Shown here: positions 48,049 to 57,606 of the stretch, piece by piece
Layout of the letters: every line of letters starts with the position of its first letter
How positions within the stretch are numbered: position 1 is the first letter of the stretch
Source of the DNA: an uncultured Methanosarcinales archaeon
Lineage (GTDB): Archaea > Nanobdellota > Nanobdellia > Woesearchaeales > CAYMBN01
Length of the DNA: 64,000 nucleotides
NCBI GenBank assembly: GCA_964388715.1
Contig: CAYMBN010000003.1
Span: 62,001 to 126,000 of the forward strand
Reading direction: 5' to 3'
Notes under the pieces: model-generated
Told to the model about the DNA's origin: nothing
Databases searched by the model: none
What the model saw: only the letters and a program-made list of their open reading frames with translations
Program-made: the position numbers and the translations under genes

Positions 48049-50952
48049 TTTTTTTAAAAAAATAAAAAAAAGAAAGGAAAAAAATTTCCTTAGTTTTATT
48101 CAGCAGCAGCTTCTTCAGCAGCTGGTGCACTAATAGCGATGTCTGCATCGCTTGTAGTAACAACTTCTAGTTCAGCGCCTTTGAAGTTATCTGTATGGCT
48201 GTCGTATTCAGCAACAACTTTGGAAGCTCTTTGTGTGTCTTTTGCACCGTAACCAGCAACAAGTAAAGCTACTTTGCCGCTTGTTTCGTCTTCCATTAAC
48301 TTAATCTTAGCTTTTCCTGCTTCAAATCCAGCAGCACAATCTTCAGGATTGCCTAGCCAAACTGCAGCAACTGGGTTAGCACATGGACCACCAACTAAGA
48401 TAACGTTGCTTTCTTTTTCTTTGCCTTCTAAGTCACTAGCTAACTTTACAGCTCCAACATTGATTTTTATTAGTTCTTCACTTGTAACTGCTCCTTCTCC
48501 AGCAGATTCAGTTTGTTCAAATGCAACTGCTGTGTCAGATATATAGAAGTTACCATAGACTTCGTCACCAGCATAGTCAATTACCAAGGTGTCTTGGTCT
48601 GGATCTGTGTCGTAGTTGATCTTTGTTGCTAAATCGGATTTTACATAAGAAATATATTCTTTTGTTGTACCGATTTCGTAACTTGTTAAAGTTGCTGATG
48701 TTCCTGAGAACAAAGTTGCAAAGCTGTTAACTTGTACTTTGTTACTTGCGTGTCCAAGTGTTACATTAATCCACTGTCCACTTCCTAGGGAACCATCTTT
48801 GTTTTCTTCTGCCATATACAATACCCATGTAGCAGGGTCTGTACCTGTTGTGTTAATATGGCTTCTGTTTGCTGTGCTTTGTGGCATTGTTGTGTTTTCT
48901 ACAGGTAGATAAATCATCATACCTTCTTCTGTAATCACTCTATCAAAGTATGTGTTTGTTCCTGGTGTAATGTTCATTTCTGCTAGTGTTTCATTAAGGT
49001 TAGCTAATGTTAATGTTGCGCTTCCAATTGTAAATGATCCAGCTTTTTTGTTTTCCCATTTGGTTCCTGTAACAAGGTCTTTGAATGTTGCACCATCTGT
49101 GTCATCTATTTTGGTTACTTCAACAAGATATGTTTCTCCTGTGTTTGAACCATCATAGTAGGTTACAGGTAATGCTTCATAACTTTCATTCCAAGTAACT
49201 CTTCCACCATCTAAACTTGTTAACAATCTTTCGTCGGTATGGTCATCTCCACCTAATGTGTCGAATCCGCTTGTACCGTTGCTACCAAGTAGCTTGATTG
49301 TTGCTTCACCAGATTTAATTGGAACTGTTAGTTGTAGTTCTTCGTTTCCACTGTTTTCAACTGTTATTATTTCTGAACCTGGTCTTGTTAAACCTTCGTA
49401 TGAAAGTTTAAATCCACCTAGTCCAGGGAATTCTGCACTGGACTCTTCTGTGATGAATAAATCTTCATCAGGTGTCCATGTTAGTCTTATGTATGCCATC
49501 TCTGTGTTAGATGATCCACTTACTGTTGCGTTAATGTCGCATGTAATTGAATCAACATCTTCTCCACCAAGTTCTATTTTATCTTTGTGTTCAATGGTAA
49601 CTTTTTCAGCACCAATGTAGAACTCAACTTTGTCAACTTCTCCTGCTAAGTTTTGGATTAAGATTTCCTTAACACCAATTTCGGTTCCATCTGTTAATTT
49701 GTCAGTGTTACCTTCTGTAATAGCGTCGGTTACTTCGCCATCAACAATGAACTTAGCTTCTGGAGTTGTACCACCTAGATAGGATACTTTAACTTTGTAT
49801 TCTTTTTCGTTTACTGTGAAGGTTTTTTCTTCTCCTTCTTCCATTATTGTGCTTAGTGCTCCACCCATTAATTGTAGTTTATCAACGTTTGCTTTACCAT
49901 TACCGCTTGCGTCTGCGTCTACGATGTCATATGTTTTACCAAGCATTTCAATCTTGGTATTTTTGAAATATGTTACATCTGTAGCACTTGCTGTTGCGTT
50001 TGCACTAATAGCACTTTTTGTAAAATCAAGTGTATAGTTTAGCAAAGCACTGTTTCTAGCTACTCTGAAACCCATTGTAGGTTCTTTATCGTCGTAGTCA
50101 GAATCAGCAAACATATCTAATGCTCTACCTGGGTAGAATACGATCTTTTGTTCGTATCCATAGTCATTGCTTTGTGTGTTGGTGTATGTACCGTCTGCTA
50201 ATGCAGTTGGTAAGTCATCACCATCAATTGCAACAACTGACACGTTTGTTATAGCATCTCCAACATTTAATTTGTTAGATGTTTGCTCTACTTTGTGTGA
50301 TTCACCGCCACTTGCTACAACAGCAGAACTTGTTGTTCCTGTTGAGACAACTGTGGATTTTTTCATTGCATATTGCAGACTCATTGCAATGTCTGTAATA
50401 CCAATTACATCTTCTGCAGCTGCTTTGTCGCCAACGACCATTAAAGCGTCAAACTTCATGTCGTCTGTAATAAATGGCGCTGGATAGTTTGCTAGGTCTG
50501 CGGCAGCTAAAGCTCCCATCATTGTAGCACCTACCATAAAAGCTCCTGCACCCAGTGCAACCACTTTTTTTATTGCTTTTTTTACATCCATTATCTAAAC
50601 ACCTCCGTGTTTATGTTTTGTGTGGGCTTATCTTAATTTTTTATTGCAGTTATAACCGCAATAAGATTGACCTTGATTGTGAAGGCCTCATTTTTTTTGA
50701 GTATGTGTTTCCTCTATTTTTTAGACTTGTCACTCTAGTTACTTACATTAAAAAGAAGGAAATTGTTTTATAAAAGTTTAGTAAATTAGGGTGTTTTTAT
50801 TGGTAAAATAATGCTGATTTTGGTTGTAGTGGGTGAATTTAATGGAATTAGGGCGTTATCATTTTAGAGTAGAGAAGTGTGTTTTTTGGGTGTATTTTGA
50901 CCCCTGAAAAATGATGGTAGAAGGGCTGTAGTGTCTGGATTTGATGGGTAGA
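48049..50952. repeat. Tandem duplication copy 2
   Basis: Differences seen from copy 1 only at 50894 (A vs T47956) and 50914 (A vs G47976). Confidence 0.95.
48096..50591 (-). CDS. S-layer protein, copy 2 (identical protein)
   Basis: Translation identical to 45158-47653. Confidence 0.9.
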   Translation of the reverse strand: MDVKKAIKKVVALGAGAFMVGATMMGALAAADLANYPAPFITDDMKFDALMVVGDKAAAEDVIGITDIAMSLQYAMKKSTVVSTGTTSSAVVASGGESHKVEQTSNKLNVGDAITNVSVVAIDGDDLPTALADGTYTNTQSNDYGYEQKIVFYPGRALDMFADSDYDDKEPTMGFRVARNSALLNYTLDFTKSAISANATASATDVTYFKNTKIEMLGKTYDIVDADASGNGKANVDKLQLMGGALSTIMEEGEEKTFTVNEKEYKVKVSYLGGTTPEAKFIVDGEVTDAITEGNTDKLTDGTEIGVKEILIQNLAGEVDKVEFYIGAEKVTIEHKDKIELGGEDVDSITCDINATVSGSSNTEMAYIRLTWTPDEDLFITEESSAEFPGLGGFKLSYEGLTRPGSEIITVENSGNEELQLTVPIKSGEATIKLLGSNGTSGFDTLGGDDHTDERLLTSLDGGRVTWNESYEALPVTYYDGSNTGETYLVEVTKIDDTDGATFKDLVTGTKWENKKAGSFTIGSATLTLANLNETLAEMNITPGTNTYFDRVITEEGMMIYLPVENTTMPQSTANRSHINTTGTDPATWVLYMAEENKDGSLGSGQWINVTLGHASNKVQVNSFATLFSGTSATLTSYEIGTTKEYISYVKSDLATKINYDTDPDQDTLVIDYAGDEVYGNFYISDTAVAFEQTESAGEGAVTSEELIKINVGAVKLASDLEGKEKESNVILVGGPCANPVAAVWLGNPEDCAAGFEAGKAKIKLMEDETSGKVALLVAGYGAKDTQRASKVVAEYDSHTDNFKGAELEVVTTSDADIAISAPAAEEAAAE

Positions 50953-51033
50953 GTGATAGGCAGGATATGATAAAGTAATATGTTAATTTTTAGTAAAAAT
51001 AGTGTTTGAAATGCTCACGGAACGATAATTGAG

Positions 51034-51194
51034 AAGAATATGATGCGGAATGCAGGGTTATGAAGCTACGCAAACCTTTTTGTTGCCTCGCTCTACTCGG
51101 CAAAAAAATGTTTGATCGAAATGCATTTAAGTTGGACATTTTGCTACGCAAAAGTCCAACGAACTACTAAGAATATGATGCGGAATGCAGGGTT
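51034..51194. repeat. 26-bp direct repeat of the tRNA-Leu 3' end (51034-51059, 51169-51194) flanking a 109-bp hairpin cassette
   Basis: aagaatatgatgcggaatgcagggtt occurs twice. Confidence 0.9.
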
Positions 51195-51300
51195 CGAACC
51201 TGCGTAGGCACTAAGCCAATAGGTGTCTTCAAATCTTGTGATAATGCTTTGCACATGAGATGCCTAAGCCTATCCCGTTTGACCACTCCGGCAACTCCGC
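51179..51300 (-). tRNA. tRNA-Leu(TAG) with 38-nt intron at 37/38 (51225-51262)
   Basis: Acceptor GCGGAGT/ATTCCGC; anticodon stem ATAGG/CCTAT with CT-TAG-G; long variable arm; T-arm GCAGG-TTCGAAC-CCTGC. Confidence 0.93.
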
Positions 51301-51350
51301 ATAATAGGTATTAAAGAAAGAGATTATTTAAAAAATTATCTATTTGGTAA

Positions 51351-51518
51351 TTATTTTTTAGTCTGCCACTTGTATGTTCTTACTTTAGAAGTTTTACCAT
51401 AACCACAACTTGCACATTTCTTTTTTCTTTTGTGGTATGTGTGTCGACCACAACGTCTACAAATTATATGGGTTTTTTTACCAGATTTTTTACCCATAGA
51501 TGCTGTTCCTTTTGCCAT
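51351..51518 (-). CDS. rpl37e: 50S ribosomal protein L37e (55 aa, not in ORF track)
   Basis: [11 protein letters not shown]...THIICRRCG...CASCGYG. Confidence 0.95.
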   Translation of the reverse strand: MAKGTASMGKKSGKKTHIICRRCGRHTYHKRKKKCASCGYGKTSKVRTYKWQTKK

Positions 51519-51529
51519 TTTGGTTCACT

Positions 51530-51754
51530 TTATGCTGGAGAAATTAGGATTATTGTGTCTCCTCTGATAAATACTGTGCCTAATTTTCTTTTTGTTTCAC
51601 CGTCAACTTTTTCTTCTGCATCATCGAGAACAACATTGATATGTATATCAAATGCTTTTAAGTTTCCAATGAATTGTTTGTGGTTCTTAAGTTCTACAAT
51701 AACTCTCTTATTTCTTGCATTGTTTAATGCGTCTAATGGTCTTGATGTTTCCAT
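51530..51754 (-). CDS. Sm-like (Lsm/SmAP1) protein
   Basis: RPLDAL...G.L.AFD.HIN.VL...IRGD; canonical neighbour of L37e. Confidence 0.93.
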   Translation of the reverse strand: METSRPLDALNNARNKRVIVELKNHKQFIGNLKAFDIHINVVLDDAEEKVDGETKRKLGTVFIRGDTIILISPA

Positions 51755-51861
51755 TTTGTAAACCCCTCGTATAATATCTTTGAAAAGTCTGAGGATATAT
51801 TTAAATGTTACTATATAAAAACAAAACATATTTAAATAACTGATTATCTTTAGAGGATAAA

Positions 51862-52239
51862 ATGGTCATTATACAACACAAGTCTAAAAGAAGTCAGACA
51901 GGTGCTAGATATAAAGCTTACAGAAAAAAGAAAAAGTATGACATGGGTAGACTTCCTTCTCGTACTAAATTAGCTGAAAGAAAAGCTAAAAATGTAAGAA
52001 CATTAGGTAAAAATAAAAAAGTTAAATTATTGTCAACACTTATTGCTAATCTTGCAGATCCTAAAACAAAAAAGATTGAAAAGGTTAAAATCAAGAATGT
52101 TATTGAGAATGTTGCAAACAGACATTTTGTTAGACGAAACATTGTGACAAAAGGTGCGATTGTTGAAACTGAAAAAGGCAAAGCAAGAGTAACTTCTCGA
52201 CCAGGACAAGATGGAACTGTGAATGCTGTTTTGATTTAA
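51862..52239 (+). CDS. rps8e: 30S ribosomal protein S8e
   Basis: RRNIVTKGAIVET..G.ARVTSRPGQDG.VNA. Confidence 0.97.
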   Translation: MVIIQHKSKRSQTGARYKAYRKKKKYDMGRLPSRTKLAERKAKNVRTLGKNKKVKLLSTLIANLADPKTKKIEKVKIKNVIENVANRHFVRRNIVTKGAIVETEKGKARVTSRPGQDGTVNAVLI

Positions 52240-52308
52240 TTCTTAGTTACTTGTTAGTGGTTAAATAATAGAAAGATTTATAAATGGGTGATTTGTTTTG
52301 TAATTTGT

Positions 52309-52773
52309 ATGATACGTAAGAATCCGCTTCCAAGACATATGAAGAAAATACCTGGTGGGATTATAGTTCCTTTAACAGGACCACCTGGAGAAAGAACACC
52401 AGATCGTGCTGTTGTGGTTATTGTTTCTAAATTAAATGAGTATTATAGTGTAAATACAAATACTCTTGGAGAATTAGTGAGATTTGAAAGAGGAGAAAGA
52501 ATTACCCATGGATCTAGGAAAAAAAAAGAAACATGGAAAAATTATGTTAAATATGTGGAAGATAATACTTTATATGCAAGAGTGAATATTCAACATCTTG
52601 AAAGTGAAGATGATTTTTCTTACAATATGAGTGGAACTCAACATGAATTTGCAGTATATTTTAATGTTTGTGGAAGAAATAAATCTGAAAAAGATAGGTT
52701 AAGTTGGCAAGAAGCAGAGGATTATCTTTTATATCTTGAAGCAAAAACTGCTCAACGTTTAGGTCTTTATTAA
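52309..52773 (+). CDS. Hypothetical protein co-oriented with the PolB-like gene
   Basis: TTTATAAA box upstream; ends 1 nt before the next ATG. Confidence 0.65.
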   Translation: MIRKNPLPRHMKKIPGGIIVPLTGPPGERTPDRAVVVIVSKLNEYYSVNTNTLGELVRFERGERITHGSRKKKETWKNYVKYVEDNTLYARVNIQHLESEDDFSYNMSGTQHEFAVYFNVCGRNKSEKDRLSWQEAEDYLLYLEAKTAQRLGLY

Positions 52774-52774
52774 A

Positions 52775-55700
52775 ATGAGTTTGATAATTAATGATGCAAT
52801 TGAAGTAAGAACTAAAGATAAAAAAAGTAATTACTTTATTAGTTTTCGTTCTGATGATAAAACAGTTGGACATTTTTGTTCTCCTGTTCCTGAAGATATT
52901 GACACAAATAAAAGGAAATCTTTAATGTGGGATATTGGAATTTTACATAGAGGAGTGGAAATTGAACTTCCAAGTTTAAGACGAGTTTTTGAATTACAAT
53001 CAAGTATTGAAGATCTTCTTCAATCAGACGAGGATGAGTCAATGATGATTAGTGAAGCAAAAGAACAATTAGATAATCTATTGAAAGAGAATGATTATGG
53101 GGTTTCTGAAATTGATGATGATATTTTTATGTTGAAATTGCATCTAAATATTCTGAGACAAGATGATAAAGGAGATTTTTACATTTATGGTGTTAGAAGG
53201 ACAGAAGATTCTTGTCATGAAATAATTGATTGGACAACACTTGTTGAAGATATTGAAACAAGATATTTTACTCCTTCTCAAGATAAAGAATGGGGGATTC
53301 CTGATCGTCATATTGCTAGGTTGTTAGACTTATCAGGAAAGTGGAGTTTTGAAAGTTGTAAAGGTTTTTTTGGTAAGTCATACAACGAGTTAAAAGATAT
53401 AATGAAAAAAGCTTTCAAGCAGAGGAAAGAATGTATAACTCATGATGGGATGTTGTGGTTTAAGGATGGAAAGTATTCAGGGCAAGTACATACTGTATAT
53501 GGTACTACTTTGAATAATGAAGAAATTAGAAATATAAAAGCAACAATGAGATACTTAAATGGTGAAGAAGTAGTAGTTGACTTTGATATTATATCTCATG
53601 AGTTAAGTAGTGCTAAAGTAGATGAAAAATATGAAGAGTTTTTAGGAAAACTTTACAGATACAAAGATAGAAGGTCTGTTTTTAAGGAATTCAGAGTTGA
53701 TAGTGTTGATTATTCTAAGTTTGAGGAATCTTGTGTGTTAAAGGATAATCAAATTAATAATTTATACAGAAATTGTGTTGAAAAATTGAAGAATGGTATT
53801 AATCGTTTGAAAATTAAAGGAGTTGATCCTTATGCTATAACACCAAAAGAAGAAGAAAGGATTAAGGAAAAAGTAAGAATTTCTGTTGAAACAGTAAAAA
53901 TAAATAATTTTTTTAGAAATATGGATGTTGATCAAAGATGGCAAATAGGACATGATATTAAAACACATTTTGAGCAAGTTAGGATGGGTGAAGCAACAAC
54001 TGCAGAAGAAATAAGACGTAATTCTTTTAATCATTGTTATCATAATGCTTCTTTTGATGTTCCAAAAAAGAAAGAACAAGATACTGAAAGAATTAGTGAT
54101 ACTGGATGGCAAATTGGTAAACATGGGGAAGCACCTAGAACATATGGCAAGAGTGAATTTAATAGAAGAGTACATCTTGCTGGAAGAATTTATTTAGATA
54201 CCTTGGATATAATGAAAAATATCTTTCCTGAACTAGGGAAGTATAAACTAGAACACTCATTAAAATATCTTGCTAACTATTTAGGATTACAACTACCTGA
54301 TATTGAGATTGAAGTTAATGGAAAAAAGATAAATATTACTCGAAAAGGTGTTAAAGCAATTAGTCATGAAGATATTAGTCCATTAAATTACTTAGCAGAA
54401 CTTGGTGATCATAAATCAAGAAGAGAATTATTATATTATCAGATTGCTGATGTTATGAATACAACTTGGTTTGAAAGGAATCTTTCAAGTTTTCTTATAC
54501 CAATAATAAATATACATGAAGTGACTAGTTACAGTTTGAGTGATATTATACACTCTGTTAGATCAATGAAAGAAACATGGGATAGGATTTATTTCCTTGG
54601 TGGAAAAAAGCATAAAGAATCATATGTAACTAGAAGAAAACAAATTTATATGAAGAGAATGGATAGTGGTTTTAAATCATATTTGGGAAGTTGGTTAGGA
54701 TTTCAAAAACATTTGTGGTGTGAGATTGAAGAAGATAAAGGTAAAAATAAAAAAGTAAAGAGGAAAAAAACTTTGGAAAGAGTATCTGCTCCTGAGAATA
54801 CTATTGCTGTTTATATTCCAATTGTTGACTGTTTTAGAGGTCTTATTTTAAATAAATTTCCTGAATATAAAAAAATACTTGAAGATCACAGTGTCAGAAG
54901 GAATCTTATTATTGAAGATGAAGATGGTTTTTATGATATAGATGAAACTTCTCCAGAGTATTATAAAGAAAAAGCTCTTTTTAATGTGGAAAATGATCCT
55001 GGTGTAGCTGTTCATCAAAGAAATCAATTAGTTTATACAAGATACTTAGAAAATATTCTAAAGGATGTATTCTTTGATAGGTATAATATTGAATTTTTTG
55101 AAGGAATATATAACAAAAGTTTAGGGTTATGTGAAGTGCAAGAAAGTGATTTTGATTCTCTTGTTGAAAAAATAATTGAGGATAAAGAAAAAGAAGTAAG
55201 AACAAGACGTCTCCATTGGAGAATGAAGAGAGTTATTAATAGTGCAAATAAATTTTTTGAAAAACTTGATCGTATGAAGGAAAAATTTGGTACTGGGTTA
55301 AAACAAAAAGAATATGCAAGTATTTTAAGGAGTAGTGTTGGTATTAAAAGAAGAACTGCAACTAGAAGAAAAAATGAATTATTTAATGGTGGATATAATG
55401 ATAATCCTGATGATTTTAAATGTTTAAATCTGTGTGAATTGGTTAATCCTGAAATTGAAATTTTAAGAGAATTTAGAGAGCAAGGGTATATTAGGGCCAG
55501 AGTAGATAAAAGAGAGAAATCTCTTTCGTTGGAAGAACTTCAACAAAAGGATTCTGATCTTTATGAACTTTATGAGAAATTTAGTTCTGCATTTGAAGAT
55601 TATGAACATTATTTTTCTAATCCCAATTTTAGTGGAGTAATTTCTGATGTGTATAAGGGGGTAACTGATAGATTAAATTTGGAAAATGCAGTTTATCTTG

Positions 55701-55990
55701 ATCTGATTAGAAAGGAAATGAAACACGCACGATGGAAGTTTCAAAGAAGATACAAATTAGAACCTGAAAAGTTTGATGAGATGAAAGATGAGTATTTTAA
55801 GAGAATATCAGAGTTCTTAGAAATGAATAATTTGGTAGCACATAAACAAAGTGGGTTTACTTTATATCTTATTGCAAATGGTGATCAAGAACATGCTATT
55901 CAAGCTATAAAAGATTCAAATTGTTTAATTTATGCATGTAATTTGAGTTGGGAGCAGTTTAATCTTAGAAAAAGGGGAAAACCTAAATAA
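52775..55990 (+). CDS. Divergent, probably inactivated family B DNA polymerase derivative
   Basis: ExoII-like YHNASFD, GRIYLD...YKLE and ExoIII-like YQIAD in PolB order; polymerase motifs A and C degenerate. Confidence 0.65.
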   Translation: MSLIINDAIEVRTKDKKSNYFISFRSDDKTVGHFCSPVPEDIDTNKRKSLMWDIGILHRGVEIELPSLRRVFELQSSIEDLLQSDEDESMMISEAKEQLDNLLKENDYGVSEIDDDIFMLKLHLNILRQDDKGDFYIYGVRRTEDSCHEIIDWTTLVEDIETRYFTPSQDKEWGIPDRHIARLLDLSGKWSFESCKGFFGKSYNELKDIMKKAFKQRKECITHDGMLWFKDGKYSGQVHTVYGTTLNNEEIRNIKATMRYLNGEEVVVDFDIISHELSSAKVDEKYEEFLGKLYRYKDRRSVFKEFRVDSVDYSKFEESCVLKDNQINNLYRNCVEKLKNGINRLKIKGVDPYAITPKEEERIKEKVRISVETVKINNFFRNMDVDQRWQIGHDIKTHFEQVRMGEATTAEEIRRNSFNHCYHNASFDVPKKKEQDTERISDTGWQIGKHGEAPRTYGKSEFNRRVHLAGRIYLDTLDIMKNIFPELGKYKLEHSLKYLANYLGLQLPDIEIEVNGKKINITRKGVKAISHEDISPLNYLAELGDHKSRRELLYYQIADVMNTTWFERNLSSFLIPIINIHEVTSYSLSDIIHSVRSMKETWDRIYFLGGKKHKESYVTRRKQIYMKRMDSGFKSYLGSWLGFQKHLWCEIEEDKGKNKKVKRKKTLERVSAPENTIAVYIPIVDCFRGLILNKFPEYKKILEDHSVRRNLIIEDEDGFYDIDETSPEYYKEKALFNVENDPGVAVHQRNQLVYTRYLENILKDVFFDRYNIEFFEGIYNKSLGLCEVQESDFDSLVEKIIEDKEKEVRTRRLHWRMKRVINSANKFFEKLDRMKEKFGTGLKQKEYASILRSSVGIKRRTATRRKNELFNGGYNDNPDDFKCLNLCELVNPEIEILREFREQGYIRARVDKREKSLSLEELQQKDSDLYELYEKFSSAFEDYEHYFSNPNFSGVISDVYKGVTDRLNLENAVYLDLIRKEMKHARWKFQRRYKLEPEKFDEMKDEYFKRISEFLEMNNLVAHKQSGFTLYLIANGDQEHAIQAIKDSNCLIYACNLSWEQFNLRKRGKPK

Positions 55991-55993
55991 AAA

Positions 55994-56281
55994 TCATCTC
56001 AATCTTAAAGCACAATTAGGACAGTAATTAAAGAATTTCTTGGTTGGGAAATGACATTTTGGACAACTGCCTGGTGTTTCTGTTTTTATTTTTTGTTTCT
56101 TTTTTTTAATCCTTTCATCTAGTCCAGTGAATCGCATTATGAGATGTTTTACAATGCCGAATGCAACCATTGCTATTCCTATGTAAATGAACATTTTTAG
56201 TTGTGTATTTTTTGAGAAGTAAGAAAACGCTGCAACAAATGCTCCAATTATTATGAATGCCCAACTGGATATTTTAGTCAT
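55994..56281 (-). CDS. Two-TM protein with C-terminal zinc ribbon
   Basis: Two hydrophobic helices; CPKC...YCPNC. Confidence 0.75.
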   Translation of the reverse strand: MTKISSWAFIIIGAFVAAFSYFSKNTQLKMFIYIGIAMVAFGIVKHLIMRFTGLDERIKKKKQKIKTETPGSCPKCHFPTKKFFNYCPNCALRLR

Positions 56282-57560
56282 TTTTCTTTATGATTTTTTT
56301 ACCATACATGTATGGTTGCAATGCTTTTGGGATTTTTACTGAACCATCTTTTTGTTGGAAACATTCAAGAATACTTACTAATGTTCTTGAGGTTGCAACT
56401 GCTGTTGAATTTAATGAATGTGCAAATGGATTGTTTGGCATTCCTGGTTTTCCAAAACGGATGTTTAATCTTCTACATTGATAATCAGTACAATTTGAAC
56501 ATGAACCTGCTTCAATATATTTATTTTTTCTTGGTGACCATGTTTCTAAATCATATTTTTTTGCTGCTACAATTCCTAAATCACCTGTACAAATATTGAC
56601 AACTCTGAAAGGTGTTTCAAGTTTTTTATGGATATCTTCAGTGTTTTTAATTAATTCTTCATGGAACTTCCATGAGTCTTCTGGTTTACAAATTATAATT
56701 TGTTCGACTTTATGAAATTGATGTGCACGGAAAATTCCTTTTTCGTCTACACCATGTGAGCCAATTTCTTTTCTAAAACAAACACTATATGAACAAAGTT
56801 TGATTGGTAGTTTATCTTCAGGAATTGTTTCGTTCATAAACAATCCCATCATTGGATGTTCACTTGTTGCAATCAGATGTAAATCTTCGTCTTCAACTTT
56901 GTAAATCATATCTTTGAAAAATTCGTAATCAGTAACACCATCAACAACTCTTTTGTTTATCATGTAAGGTGGTTCAATATAAGTGAAACCTTTTTTGACT
57001 AAAAAGTCGACTGTGAATTGGACAAGTGCTCTGTTTAATAATGCAAAATCTCCGACGTGGAATGAGAATCCTCTTCCTGCAACTTTAGCTGCGTTTTTGA
57101 AATCAAGAATTCCAAGTTCTTCACCAATTTCACCATGTGATTTTACTGGAAAACTTAGTTTTTTTACTTTGCCATGTTTTTTTACTGCTTTGTTTTCTGT
57201 TTCATCTTTTCCATAAGGAACACTTTTATGCATGATGTTTGGTAATTGCATAAGTGCAAGATAAATTTCTTTTTTTAGATGATTAACTTTCTTTTCTGCT
57301 GTTTGAATCTTTTTTGGAAGGTTTTTTAGTTCTTTGATTTTGTTGGTAATACTTTTACCTTGTTTTTTTAGTTCAGCAATTTCTTTTGTGATTGTATTTT
57401 TTTTATGTTTTGATTCTTGCAATGAGTAAAGAAGTTTTCTATATTCTGTATCGTTTTTTATTAATTCTTTTAGAAGTTTAAGTTTTTCAGTATCTTTTCT
57501 TTTTTTAAGATCGTTTTCAAGTATTTTTGGATTGTTACGAATAATGTTTATGTCAAGCAT
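56274..57560 (-). CDS. serS: Seryl-tRNA synthetase
   Basis: MLDI, LIATSEH, CFRKE, HQF.KVEQ, SCSNCTDYQ.RRL and LNST motifs. Confidence 0.97.
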   Translation of the reverse strand: MLDINIIRNNPKILENDLKKRKDTEKLKLLKELIKNDTEYRKLLYSLQESKHKKNTITKEIAELKKQGKSITNKIKELKNLPKKIQTAEKKVNHLKKEIYLALMQLPNIMHKSVPYGKDETENKAVKKHGKVKKLSFPVKSHGEIGEELGILDFKNAAKVAGRGFSFHVGDFALLNRALVQFTVDFLVKKGFTYIEPPYMINKRVVDGVTDYEFFKDMIYKVEDEDLHLIATSEHPMMGLFMNETIPEDKLPIKLCSYSVCFRKEIGSHGVDEKGIFRAHQFHKVEQIIICKPEDSWKFHEELIKNTEDIHKKLETPFRVVNICTGDLGIVAAKKYDLETWSPRKNKYIEAGSCSNCTDYQCRRLNIRFGKPGMPNNPFAHSLNSTAVATSRTLVSILECFQQKDGSVKIPKALQPYMYGKKIIKKND

Positions 57561-57606
57561 TATATCACCTGTTTTTAGATAAATAATTACTTAATAGTTT
57601 ATATAA

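Noticed and set aside
51034..51059. 3' half of a split (trans-spliced) tRNA
   Set aside because: The neighbouring tRNA-Leu is complete and the flanking sequence cannot form a BHB central helix with TTCG
52309..55990. Casposon or provirus carrying a PolB
   Set aside because: No Cas1, integrase, capsid gene or terminal repeats nearby; flanked by rps8e and the serS operon
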